Source: a virus
Taxonomy: Duplodnaviria; Caudoviricetes
Length of the DNA: 60,547 bases
Reading direction: 5' to 3' (one strand)
Virus record (IMG/VR): IMGVR_UViG_3300027112_000001
Span: 1 to 60,547 of that record
This document shows, one piece after another, positions 16,672-25,480 of the stretch. Each line of letters starts with the position of its first letter. The first letter of the stretch is position 1. The position numbers and the translations under genes were made by a program. The notes beneath the pieces are model-generated. The model did no database searches. It was given only the letters and a program-made list of their open reading frames with translations, and had not been told where the DNA came from.

Positions 16672-19600
16672 AGTAGTGTCACCTGTACGAAATTGGTACC
16701 GTCCTCTTGGTATGTTCCCGTCACCTTGAACTGACTGCCACGAGGCAGCAAGACCTCCGCCTCGCCCCAGTCTAGGAACAAGGCTCGTTTGCCCTTGGGC
16801 ACGGTAATCTGCATCCGGATCGTCTTTCCGAACTGCTTGGCTACACCCGGATCTAGCGTCGTGCTCGTGTATCCATGGTCCACGAACTGATCGCCTGGCT
16901 TCAGTTTCGAGAACACGCTCAGCCCACCGTCGTCAATGCCTCGCACCACTTTGATCTCAGAGCTCAGTGGCGGGGCTTTCGCAAACGCTTTGTCCAGCTT
17001 GTTGATCTCGGTGTCCACCCCAATGCCCAAGTAGTCCTTGGGCTGTGGCTTCTCCCATGTCTCCAACTTTGATTTTCGAAGGTACTCGTTCATCTGTTCA
17101 TGGCCGTCCTCCGAGTACCAACTGACCGCATCATCCACGGAGCTTGTCTTGGTGTACCTCTTCTGCTCCTGAATTAGCTCCTTGCAGCACGGATGGAATC
17201 CCTTGTCGAACGTGCCGACCTTTGCTTTCTCCTTCGGCGGCTCGTCGTCGGCGATCACCTGCTTGCTCTTAAAGTCGATCTCGCGGTTAATCTCCGCTCG
17301 GAGTTTCTTCAGCGAGCTCAGCGTCTCTCCCTCGACCGCCTCGCCTGCCTTGACCTTCTTGATCTTGGCCTTGACTGCGTCGCGGTCCGCTTCCAGCTTG
17401 GCTATTTCCTTCAGCAGCTTCGTCGAACCTTTGGCTGCACCCGCGACAGCCTTCGCTGCCTTCGGTCCGCCCTTCCCGCACGTGGGGTCAACGCCACCGC
17501 CTTTACCAGTTGGGCAGAACGCGAGCTCCAACCCTTCCGGCAGCACCACCGTAGCGTCACGAGCCACGAGGTCCTCCTCGGCGAGGGACACGATCTCGAT
17601 GTCCTGCATCTGGAACTTGTCTCGGCTTAGTATCTCGTCGATGCTTAATTCTTTCATATCTCCCCGCGTCTCTCTGGCCAACGCCAGCATCTCGGTGCCT
17701 AGCTGACCAGCTGGCAGTCCTACGTAATGATCCGGCAATACTTCCGCGTCTATGACTGTGACCACTCCGTGCCCTGGGTGATTAATCTCGTACTTCGCCA
17801 ACACCTTCATCTTCGTGTCCCGAGGCAACAAGAACTCCCGCTCGTAGCCCGAGCCTGGCCCGCCATCCACACTGACATAAGCACCGCGATTGCCCTTCGG
17901 CACCTTAAGATTTATCTTCGTGGCTCCGTTGCCGTACCCAGGTTCTTTCTTCGTGGCGATCGATGTGCTCACGTACCCGCGCTCTAAGAACACATCGCCG
18001 ACCTCCAGCTTTCCTACGACGTTGCCCATCTTACCCGCGTTGCGATGCAGCAGCAAGTCCTCTTTCAGTGGTGGCGATTTGCGAAGAGCCTCATCAATCC
18101 GGATCACCCTGTCGAGGACGTCCGCCTTGACTACGTTGTGTCGTAGGTTGCCGTTAATAGTTTTGTAGCCCGACGAGCAGTAGCTGCCAAGCGCTTGCCG
18201 CTCTTGGAGAGTCAGGTTCTTCACCCACTCACTGTAGTTCTCTTTTGCCCATTCCTGATGTCCGCCATCTTTGAAGTTCTTCGGGCCACCAGGCAGGTAC
18301 GAGCCATCTTCCGCGATGTAATGTGAGATCCCCTTGAGTGGCTTGGCCGGACTCGGCGGTGGCGGGGTCGGTGCTACTGGTGTCAAACCTTTCGGAGCAG
18401 ACGGTGGTGGTGGTAGCGGAGGCTTGCCGATAAACTGCGAAGTCGTGCCAGGCTTGCTCGTGACGACGCCCATCAGTTTGTCGCTGGCCTGCTTCTCGAA
18501 GGCTTTAGCTTTCGCGTTGAGCAGCTTACGCTGCTTCTTCAGGGCACTCAACCCCTTCGTGGTGCCCGTAGCTTTGATTGCCGCGATCTTGGCCGCCACT
18601 CCCTTGGCTTCCGCCTTTGCCACCTTCGCCGACAGACGCAACGCATCTACTTCAGCCTTGAGCTCGGGCGTCATGGCGACGGAGTTTAACCCACCGCTGC
18701 CTCCGCGTCCGCCTCCCGGCGAGCAGCTATTGTCGATGCCTCCGCCTTTGCCCGTAGGACAGAACGCCAAGGACAGACCCACAGGCAAGTACGAGAACTC
18801 GATGCCGTGCTCGGCGTCCTTCATAGCCGCGTTGATTACTTCCTCCACCTGGTCCTCGGGGAACTCGTCCGCGAACTCTGCCTGCCCAGTCATGATCCCA
18901 GTGAAGTGGACCCACGAGTTGCCGTCCTCGTCCTCGCCAGTGCCGCGTGCCTGGAAGCGTAACCGCGTCTCTTCCTGATCGACGCCCAATAACTTTTGTG
19001 TCACGTCGAAGTGCGTAGCCTTGAACGCATCCCACGTGTATAGGTTGCCCTCGTTATCGACCATGCCCCTGAGCGTATCGACCGTACCGCCCTCGGTCAA
19101 CCCCGCGTCGAACTTGGCTCGGATCTTGGCGAGCACTTGCGACATACTCGGGTTGACGTGGATCTTGACCTCTTGGCCGTTGTCGAGCTCGATCGTCTCG
19201 TGGCCGGAGGATGCCTTCCCGCAGGTAGGATCGATGCCACCGCCTTTACCAGTAGCACAAAACGCGAGCTCCAGCCCAGCAGGCAAGAAGCTTAGGGCGA
19301 GCTCCTTCGCCTCCTCGACGAGGTTCTTGTACCGCTGGGTCAGCGTAGTAATCACTGCGTCCGGCACTACGTCCCCAAGCAAGTACGTCAATCTAGCATG
19401 CGGGTCTGCCCCCATCCGAGACCGGAGCGTGTTGATTTGTGCAGCCAGATCCTTGTCTGACAGGCTGCCAAACACTTGGTGGGCGGATGCGTTGCTTCCG
19501 CCATGCCGCATGCTATCGAGCTCGCCCACTGAATTTCCGAAAGCCTTGCCCTTCGGCGAGCCCATTGCTCGAAACGCTAGGGCTCCTCCGTTGTCCAACC

Positions 19601-21410
19601 GGAGCACTTTGCCACTACTGGTCACGCCGATGTTGTCGTGTTCCAGCCCTGCGACATCCCAGTTCGCCAGCCACGCATCGACCACGAAGTTCTTGGATAC
19701 TTCCTCTATTGCCTTCTGGCGAGTGTAACCTTGTAGGTCTCCGAGGGTCTTGACCTTCTCGAACTTGTTGAACACCGCAGCCTTGCCCTCGTACTCGCCG
19801 AGCTTCGTCTCGGGCACGGAGCCAGGGGCGAACGCTTCGTAGAGCTTGTTCGCCGCGTACTCGTTCTTGACGTTCGCTTCCTTGCCTCCGTAGGTCTTCA
19901 TCACGTAGTCGCCATCGCCTTCGATGCGGACCTTCTTGGCTCCGGTGCTGCCGCCTATGTTCGAGTCCAGGACCTTAATCTTGCCTACAGCCTCGGGCAC
20001 GTCCGCTCCGCTAGCGATCTTGGCATCGGCTATCTGCTTGTTCAGCTTCGCTCGCAGCTTCTTCGTTGCCGCTGTGACACCACCCGCTGCTCGCTCCTTC
20101 GCTACCTGCGCCATGAGGTTCGCTTGCTGCACGTAGAGCGAAGCTAGCTGACCGGAGCCTCCGGAGGACGACGAGCAACTGTTGTCGATTCCGCCGCCTT
20201 TACCCGTAGGACAGAACGCGAGCATCAACCCTTCGGGCATCGGGGAGTCTAGCTCGATGCTCGCCGCTACCTGACCAGTACTTACGCTCTCTCGCTTGCC
20301 GAGCGTAGCATACATGAACTCCTCTATCTCCGGCAGCAGCCGCTTGCCGCTGGTGCCGTAGTTCGGGTGCGTTATGGCAGCGAACGACTCAGCGTAGTAC
20401 TCCTTAATGTTGCTCGTTCCGTACTCGGTGAGAGTCTTGGCCGCGTCTTTGCTCTTCTTCCACCGCTTCTGATGGGCCTCGTCTTTGCAGAGCTTCATCT
20501 TCTTGCCCACTATATCCAGGAACTCGCTGCGTTGCTGCTGCGAGAGTGCCTTGTACCAAATCCGATGCCCGAACTCATGCCTGATGACACTCTGCATCCT
20601 GCCACCGCCGATCGTCCAGTGACCGGCTCCTACCCCTGGCGTCGGGGTTTCGGCAATTGGCAAATGCGACATCACCCCGATGTTGTTGTTCAGAGCCCAG
20701 TAGGTGCCGATCGCCGAGCCACCGTTCACGCCATGCCCAGCTTGGCCACTGGACTTCACGTCCGTTACGCGGAACTCGTTTGCTTGGAACGAAAACGTGT
20801 GGACCTTGATCTCGCCCTTCAGATGCTTGTCCACTAACTCGAACTCGTTCGCCGCTCTGTTGATCTCGTTGGCGTAGACCTGAGCTACTTCGACTATGCG
20901 AGACTTGTCTACGCTGCCGCCCTTGGTGAGCGTAGTAGACAACTCGTCCTTGAGGTACTTACTCGCTTCCGCCATCGAGTTGAACTCAACTGCTTCGGGG
21001 CGAGTGCCCTTGGCTCCGAAGGATTTCTTCGGTCCGGCAGGCGGAGCAGGTGGTGCGTCCGGCGGCGAGGCAGGCTTGGGCGGAGCAGGCTTCTTGCCCT
21101 TCGGCGGAGTCTTCGGTGGCAGAGGCTTGCCGGCGAGCTTCGCTTCGAGCTCTGCGATCTTGCTGTTAATCTGTGAGCGTAGCTTCTTCGTGGCACTAGT
21201 CGCGACACCCTTCGGCGAGAGCTTCCGCTCCTCGGCTGCCTTCTTCTGGATCTCTTCCCGCTTCGCGTAGAGCTCGGTGAGCTCCTTCTGTATCGCGAAG
21301 GCATCGCCGTCCCCAGCACTCGCCGCCGAGCCTCCCGGCGAGCACGTAGGATCTATGCCTCCGCCTTTGCCAGTCGGACAGAATGCGAGCTCTAGTCCAG
21401 CAGGTAGCAT
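16668..21410 (-). CDS. 1580-aa modular effector polyprotein: zincin metallopeptidase + HipA/PI3K-like kinase + unknown + two VIP2/Alt-like ADP-ribosyltransferases, each preceded by a repeated tag
   Basis: Peptidase HEFGH...EYYAESF. Kinase GGSTGA..YVMK..NEY..DAWLANWD..N..LDNG. ART1 Y..INGNLR..HR..GYVSTS..EREFLLPR. ART2 MNEYLR..VRG..GYTSTT..EAEVLLPR. Five LxLAFCxTGKGGG[IV]DxxC repeats. Confidence 0.88.
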   Translation of the reverse strand: MLPAGLELAFCPTGKGGGIDPTCSPGGSAASAGDGDAFAIQKELTELYAKREEIQKKAAEERKLSPKGVATSATKKLRSQINSKIAELEAKLAGKPLPPKTPPKGKKPAPPKPASPPDAPPAPPAGPKKSFGAKGTRPEAVEFNSMAEASKYLKDELSTTLTKGGSVDKSRIVEVAQVYANEINRAANEFELVDKHLKGEIKVHTFSFQANEFRVTDVKSSGQAGHGVNGGSAIGTYWALNNNIGVMSHLPIAETPTPGVGAGHWTIGGGRMQSVIRHEFGHRIWYKALSQQQRSEFLDIVGKKMKLCKDEAHQKRWKKSKDAAKTLTEYGTSNIKEYYAESFAAITHPNYGTSGKRLLPEIEEFMYATLGKRESVSTGQVAASIELDSPMPEGLMLAFCPTGKGGGIDNSCSSSSGGSGQLASLYVQQANLMAQVAKERAAGGVTAATKKLRAKLNKQIADAKIASGADVPEAVGKIKVLDSNIGGSTGAKKVRIEGDGDYVMKTYGGKEANVKNEYAANKLYEAFAPGSVPETKLGEYEGKAAVFNKFEKVKTLGDLQGYTRQKAIEEVSKNFVVDAWLANWDVAGLEHDNIGVTSSGKVLRLDNGGALAFRAMGSPKGKAFGNSVGELDSMRHGGSNASAHQVFGSLSDKDLAAQINTLRSRMGADPHARLTYLLGDVVPDAVITTLTQRYKNLVEEAKELALSFLPAGLELAFCATGKGGGIDPTCGKASSGHETIELDNGQEVKIHVNPSMSQVLAKIRAKFDAGLTEGGTVDTLRGMVDNEGNLYTWDAFKATHFDVTQKLLGVDQEETRLRFQARGTGEDEDGNSWVHFTGIMTGQAEFADEFPEDQVEEVINAAMKDAEHGIEFSYLPVGLSLAFCPTGKGGGIDNSCSPGGGRGGSGGLNSVAMTPELKAEVDALRLSAKVAKAEAKGVAAKIAAIKATGTTKGLSALKKQRKLLNAKAKAFEKQASDKLMGVVTSKPGTTSQFIGKPPLPPPPSAPKGLTPVAPTPPPPSPAKPLKGISHYIAEDGSYLPGGPKNFKDGGHQEWAKENYSEWVKNLTLQERQALGSYCSSGYKTINGNLRHNVVKADVLDRVIRIDEALRKSPPLKEDLLLHRNAGKMGNVVGKLEVGDVFLERGYVSTSIATKKEPGYGNGATKINLKVPKGNRGAYVSVDGGPGSGYEREFLLPRDTKMKVLAKYEINHPGHGVVTVIDAEVLPDHYVGLPAGQLGTEMLALARETRGDMKELSIDEILSRDKFQMQDIEIVSLAEEDLVARDATVVLPEGLELAFCPTGKGGGVDPTCGKGGPKAAKAVAGAAKGSTKLLKEIAKLEADRDAVKAKIKKVKAGEAVEGETLSSLKKLRAEINREIDFKSKQVIADDEPPKEKAKVGTFDKGFHPCCKELIQEQKRYTKTSSVDDAVSWYSEDGHEQMNEYLRKSKLETWEKPQPKDYLGIGVDTEINKLDKAFAKAPPLSSEIKVVRGIDDGGLSVFSKLKPGDQFVDHGYTSTTLDPGVAKQFGKTIRMQITVPKGKRALFLDWGEAEVLLPRGSQFKVTGTYQEDGTNFVQVTLL

Positions 21411-21674
21411 CTATTCTTCCTCGCGGCGACGATCCAACAACGCTTCGTCAGATAGATCCGGGTCTAGCTGAAACGTAATCGGCTCTTCCTCTTGGTAGTC
21501 CACTTGTGACGGATCCGGCTCGAGGTGCAGATCATGCCCATCGCAGATCTCTTCCGGTATCCCCTCGGGGAACGCACCGCACACGTGGACCTCACTGGCC
21601 TCTGTCCCGTCCGGCTGCTCGACGCCCTCGTAGTGTATGCAGCCCCGTACCCAGCATCTGCATTTAGCCAACAT
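21411..21674 (-). CDS. Small Cys/His protein with CxAFPxGIP motif (candidate immunity/accessory)
   Basis: C..GCIHY...CGAFPEGIPEEICDGHDLH.EP; stop abuts the polyprotein start. Confidence 0.6.
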   Translation of the reverse strand: MLAKCRCWVRGCIHYEGVEQPDGTEASEVHVCGAFPEGIPEEICDGHDLHLEPDPSQVDYQEEEPITFQLDPDLSDEALLDRRREEE

Positions 21675-21799
21675 CTACCTATTCCTTCTGCCTAGTCGCA
21701 CCACGACCCACACCACCGCTATCGCAGTGATGGCGAGCAGCGAGACAATAACTACTCCCGACCCATCGAACGCTTCCAACAAGTTTGTCAACATATGAT

Positions 21800-22264
21800 C
21801 TACCAAACGAAGTGCGCGACCCATGCTACGAAGCGCTTCATGATCCGCTGAACCTTGGCCCATAAGGATTGTCGTAGCATGCCGTACTTGTGAGTAAGTT
21901 CTTCGCGAGACTTATCAGAGCAGTACCAGTCGTGGATCAACTCGTACTCTTCCTCGCTTAAGAGAGCTTGGAGCTCCTCGATGCTCATGGGCACATCACC
22001 AGTAACGTTTAGTGCCGGCACTTGGATATGTCTAAAATCTTCTCCCTCTAATATGGGCACCTCCTTCTTGGCCTTCTTGTACCGAACGAATGCGTTCCGT
22101 AACGCGGTCATGGCGTATGTTGAAAACGAGCCTCGGGACTCGTCGTGATTCTTCTCGCAGTCCTGGAGCACTTGCAGACCGAGCTCGGCGACGAGGTCGG
22201 GATCGACGCCCACTCGCTTAGCTATCCGCTCGACAAGTTTGAGGTGGTTCCAGATGTCTGACAC
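21800..22264 (-). CDS. Phage RNA polymerase sigma-70 family factor (regions 2 and 4)
   Basis: 'HLKLVERIAKR..DPDLV..LG.....HDESRGSFSTYAMTALRN'; C-terminal HTH 'LSEEEYELI...SREEL..KYG..RQ'. Confidence 0.75.
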   Translation of the reverse strand: MSDIWNHLKLVERIAKRVGVDPDLVAELGLQVLQDCEKNHDESRGSFSTYAMTALRNAFVRYKKAKKEVPILEGEDFRHIQVPALNVTGDVPMSIEELQALLSEEEYELIHDWYCSDKSREELTHKYGMLRQSLWAKVQRIMKRFVAWVAHFVW

Positions 22265-22759
22265 ATGGGCCTCGTTGCACTACTCACGTGCCAAAACGCA
22301 GAACGCGCGTTGGAAAAAATAATCTCATCCTACAATCTCATCTTAAAGTTCTAGCAACCTGCCCGCTGAGCCCCCTACCTCACTCCGGACTAAGAGGGAA
22401 GATCAAAATACAGCATGAATTACAGGAAAACTCAAAAGGGTGGATGCGGGTGTGTGGACTGGGATGACGGTCCCACGCCCCACCCAGTCCGCTCAAGAGC
22501 ATCCACCGGCCCAGCCTTCCCCTTGACTCCCTGGCCCGCCCTGGCCTCGCCCATCCACGTCCGCCTTGAGGGGCCCACCTCAGCGGGGCGACTCGCCCGC
22601 ACCTGTTGTCCCCACTTAGTGAGGCCGCTTACCCTTATATTCATGCTGAAACCTGCGTTATGTCCGGCCAGCCATCCTGAGACCCACCCTGACCATCTTT
22701 GTCCGACCACCCCAGGCCCTGACCGACGCCCTGACCGAAAAGTTCCTATTTCGCAACCC

Positions 22760-23752
22760 TCACGGCTCCGTTTTACTTTGCTCACTTGGCTCATCCACGT
22801 AGTGCTTGCTCAAATCTCCACACCAGTTCTTGGGAGCGTTCGGGTCGTGCCAATCATCCTCGTCGAGCTCGCTCACACTATCGAGCTCCGCAGCTGCTTG
22901 AGCTAGTTGCTCCTTCGCCCATGCCTCGCCCGCTGCTCTGAACCTGTCGAGCTCCGCTGCCTCGGCGAGCAACTCCCGGTGCCTCTGCTTGAGCCTGCGT
23001 AGATGCCTCGGCGAGTACTTCTGGGCAGCATCGTAACCAACCGTGCCTATCACTCGTTCGTTGGCCTCGACCTCTTGGATCTCCAAATCTCTCCACTTCC
23101 ACTTATCGGCATGGGCACTCACCTCAACTAGCTGCCGATGCAGATCCTCACCGACCATCGGGAACCACTGAGTAGCGTACGGACGCTTCGTGCCTGGCCC
23201 TGAGTAGTACAGCTTCATCCGCGTATTGGTAGTGTCCACCATGCAGATCCAGGCGTAGTGCCCGCCTGCGTGCAGCTTGCGTCGGTTGTTATCGTTCCAC
23301 TTGCGGCGTAGCGGGTCCTTGCCCTTGAACTCCTGGAAGCGTAACCAGCCGCTCCAGAACGCTCGGTCCTCTGTCGCAGGGATGTGGCCCAACAAGTAGT
23401 GACCAGTCACCCAGTCGGCGTAGCCGCCTAGGTCAGAGATCATGCCCTTGCCGATCTTCGTGGCGTAGTTCTTAGCCTGCTTCTTCTCTGGCTGCTCCTC
23501 TAGCTCTGCGTTGATCGCTCGCTCGATCTCGAACAAATCCACGTACGTCTTCGCCCACTTGGCTCTTGGGTTGACGATCTTCGCCTCGATGGCTGCCAGC
23601 ACATCCCGGCTGGCTCGAATACGCACAGCCAGTCTGATAGTGTTGGTCAGCGTCACCTCCTTGCCCTTGCTCAAGAACGTGACCATCGGGTACTTGGTCC
23701 GCAGCCGCTGCATCTCCGCTAGGTAGTTCTTTTCGTCCATCACATACCCCAC
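22760..23752 (-). CDS. Hypothetical protein
   Basis: 330-aa ORF, last of the middle cluster. Confidence 0.6.
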   Translation of the reverse strand: MGYVMDEKNYLAEMQRLRTKYPMVTFLSKGKEVTLTNTIRLAVRIRASRDVLAAIEAKIVNPRAKWAKTYVDLFEIERAINAELEEQPEKKQAKNYATKIGKGMISDLGGYADWVTGHYLLGHIPATEDRAFWSGWLRFQEFKGKDPLRRKWNDNNRRKLHAGGHYAWICMVDTTNTRMKLYYSGPGTKRPYATQWFPMVGEDLHRQLVEVSAHADKWKWRDLEIQEVEANERVIGTVGYDAAQKYSPRHLRRLKQRHRELLAEAAELDRFRAAGEAWAKEQLAQAAAELDSVSELDEDDWHDPNAPKNWCGDLSKHYVDEPSEQSKTEP

Positions 23753-24660
23753 TTCTTAGGGAACACAAAGTCGTCGGGCCACCGCATCCGCCCGAGGGGA
23801 CTAGGCTTGTACGTCTGCTTAGGTCTGGTCAGAGGCTTGCGGTTGCCTCGTCCCGTCGAGTTGAGCTCCGGCTTGGTCATGCGTAGATACTTGTCGTACT
23901 CGCAGTAGAGATTCTGGACGTCCATCAGGGACAGTGGGTGTCCAGGCAAGACTGGGAACCGATACGCGTGCTGCCCCTCGACGGTCTTCTCCAACGCTTC
24001 GAGTATAGCGTCGTCGTCCCTAAAATGGCAACCACAAACTTTGGCAACGCCACGTCGGCAGCCCGGACCAGGCATGACGAAGTCGTTCTCGTCGAACTGG
24101 AAGAGCTCGGAGTAGTTCAGGTCTGTCGCAAACTGCATCGCGAAGAATGGCCCTAGCATCTTGGTCTGCCACAGCCGCGTGTACAACTGCTCGTACGTCG
24201 GCGACTCCAAGATGTACTTGGCTCGTGTCACTACGTCGTCGATCATCCGCAGGTAGTTGCGGTACTTGTCCGTAAACCCGTACGAGCTCTGCCCGCTGGC
24301 GTATCTGTACGCGGGAGCAAACAGCTTATAACCGCCCTCGTGCTGCTTGAGAACCACATCGTAGTCCTCGCACCAGCCTCGGTAGTGGAACGGCTCGTGG
24401 CCGAGGGCATCGAGCAGGAACTCCCACGTGCTGATCTTGTTGAACGTCTTGAAGAGCAGTATGCGAAACAGTTCGTCCTTGGCGAACTCCGCCCAGCCGA
24501 TCACGTGCTTGATCAGGTACTGCGATACCCTGTCCATCGCTCGATAGCAGTTGGTGAATCTGTACGTCTGCAGCACCGGGTCGTCGGTAGTGCTCGTATA
24601 GAAGAGCTCTTGCCGCTTGATGGCGAACGCCCAAAACCCGTCGTATAGCTCTACACTCAT
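23740..24660 (-). CDS. aGPT-Pplase1 / 5-hmdU DNA kinase helical-domain family protein
   Basis: 'TDDPVLQTYRFTNCYRAMDRVSQYLI..LFRILLFKTFNKISTWE', 'GPFFAMQFATDLNY', 'GPG..RG', 'QNLYCEYDKYLR'. Confidence 0.82.
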   Translation of the reverse strand: MSVELYDGFWAFAIKRQELFYTSTTDDPVLQTYRFTNCYRAMDRVSQYLIKHVIGWAEFAKDELFRILLFKTFNKISTWEFLLDALGHEPFHYRGWCEDYDVVLKQHEGGYKLFAPAYRYASGQSSYGFTDKYRNYLRMIDDVVTRAKYILESPTYEQLYTRLWQTKMLGPFFAMQFATDLNYSELFQFDENDFVMPGPGCRRGVAKVCGCHFRDDDAILEALEKTVEGQHAYRFPVLPGHPLSLMDVQNLYCEYDKYLRMTKPELNSTGRGNRKPLTRPKQTYKPSPLGRMRWPDDFVFPKKWGM

Positions 24661-25103
24661 CAGTTAAACCCTTCGTCTACGGTGGCGTGTCGGAGCACTT
24701 CTAACTCCGGGTGATTGAGCTTAGGTGGCATGGCACCTTCTTCCCTGTCCAGATGCTGCTGGATCTCGGCAGCTTTCTGATCTTCCCGCCACTTATCATG
24801 ATGCTCCATGTGGTTGCCGATAGCTTCCTCGTAGGCGTGTATTTTCTGATAGGCCAAGCCCATAGACTTCTGTAAGTCGCTCACGTCCCACCGAAGAGCC
24901 TCCGCCCGTTTAGTGTTGAGCTCCGTGTGCTCGGCTAGTTTCTCCACAGCGATGGCCAGCCGGGTCATGCTACGCTGTTGCTGAAGATCTGTCCACGCGT
25001 TACAGGCTCCCAGCGCAGCTACTATCGCTAGCCCCACTGATGTGCCTATTGACCTTACTGGAGAAGCCACCGAATGGCCTCGCTCCATATCCCATGTTGC
25101 CAT
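24660..25103 (-). CDS. Hypothetical membrane-anchored coiled-coil protein
   Basis: Hydrophobic N-terminal segment followed by heptads. Confidence 0.5.
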   Translation of the reverse strand: MATWDMERGHSVASPVRSIGTSVGLAIVAALGACNAWTDLQQQRSMTRLAIAVEKLAEHTELNTKRAEALRWDVSDLQKSMGLAYQKIHAYEEAIGNHMEHHDKWREDQKAAEIQQHLDREEGAMPPKLNHPELEVLRHATVDEGFN

Positions 25104-25120
25104 GCTGTAGCTCCTCTAGC

Positions 25121-25480
25121 CTAAGGGTGCAGTAGCCAATAGATTACTTCCTTCCACGTGCGGTGCTCTAGTACCACGCCCCCGAGGTAGTCCTCTAGCT
25201 GGAGCGTAGTGCCGTCCTCGCTGAAGCGACCGACGTACACGGCTGCCCCGCGCTCGGTCAGCCGCTTAATAACGCTCAGCTGGTCCGGCCGCAGTCGGCC
25301 ATTCCATGCCTTGAGCTCCAGGAACGTCACCTTGGATGGCGAGACGATCAGTCGGTCCGGCCACCCGCTGGGAGCGTAGCGGTTGCCCACGCAGGGGTAG
25401 ACTAGTGCTCCCGCGTACTCCAACGCTTTGCTGAACCGACGGGTGTACTCGCTCTCGGTCTTATTTTGTTTCGTCGGCAC
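25121..25480 (-). CDS. VRR-NUC family nuclease (Holliday junction resolvase-like)
   Basis: 'SGWPDRLIV...FLELKAWNGRLRPDQ' PD-(D/E)XK pattern. Confidence 0.85.
   Translation of the reverse strand: MPTKQNKTESEYTRRFSKALEYAGALVYPCVGNRYAPSGWPDRLIVSPSKVTFLELKAWNGRLRPDQLSVIKRLTERGAAVYVGRFSEDGTTLQLEDYLGGVVLEHRTWKEVIYWLLHP

Larger units (their letters stand above)
15438..21410 (-). repeat. Dispersed coding repeat, 6 copies, encoding LxL[AG]FC[PA]TGKGGG[IV]D[PN][TS]C
   Basis: Copies at ~21343-21410, 20175-20240, 19221-19286, 18723-18788, 17478-17543 and 15438-15492; differences are mostly synonymous. Confidence 0.95.

Noticed and set aside
15438-21410. Six ~65-bp repeats as CRISPR array, DGR repeats, inteins or invertase sites
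   Set aside because: Spacing is 0.5-2 kb, copies are in frame and vary synonymously. No cas, reverse transcriptase or recombinase gene was seen, and there is no intein C-terminal HN motif.
22415-22906. ORFs in the 22.3-22.8 kb gap
   Set aside because: Low-complexity Pro/Gly/Arg translations on both strands with no motifs; treated as non-coding.
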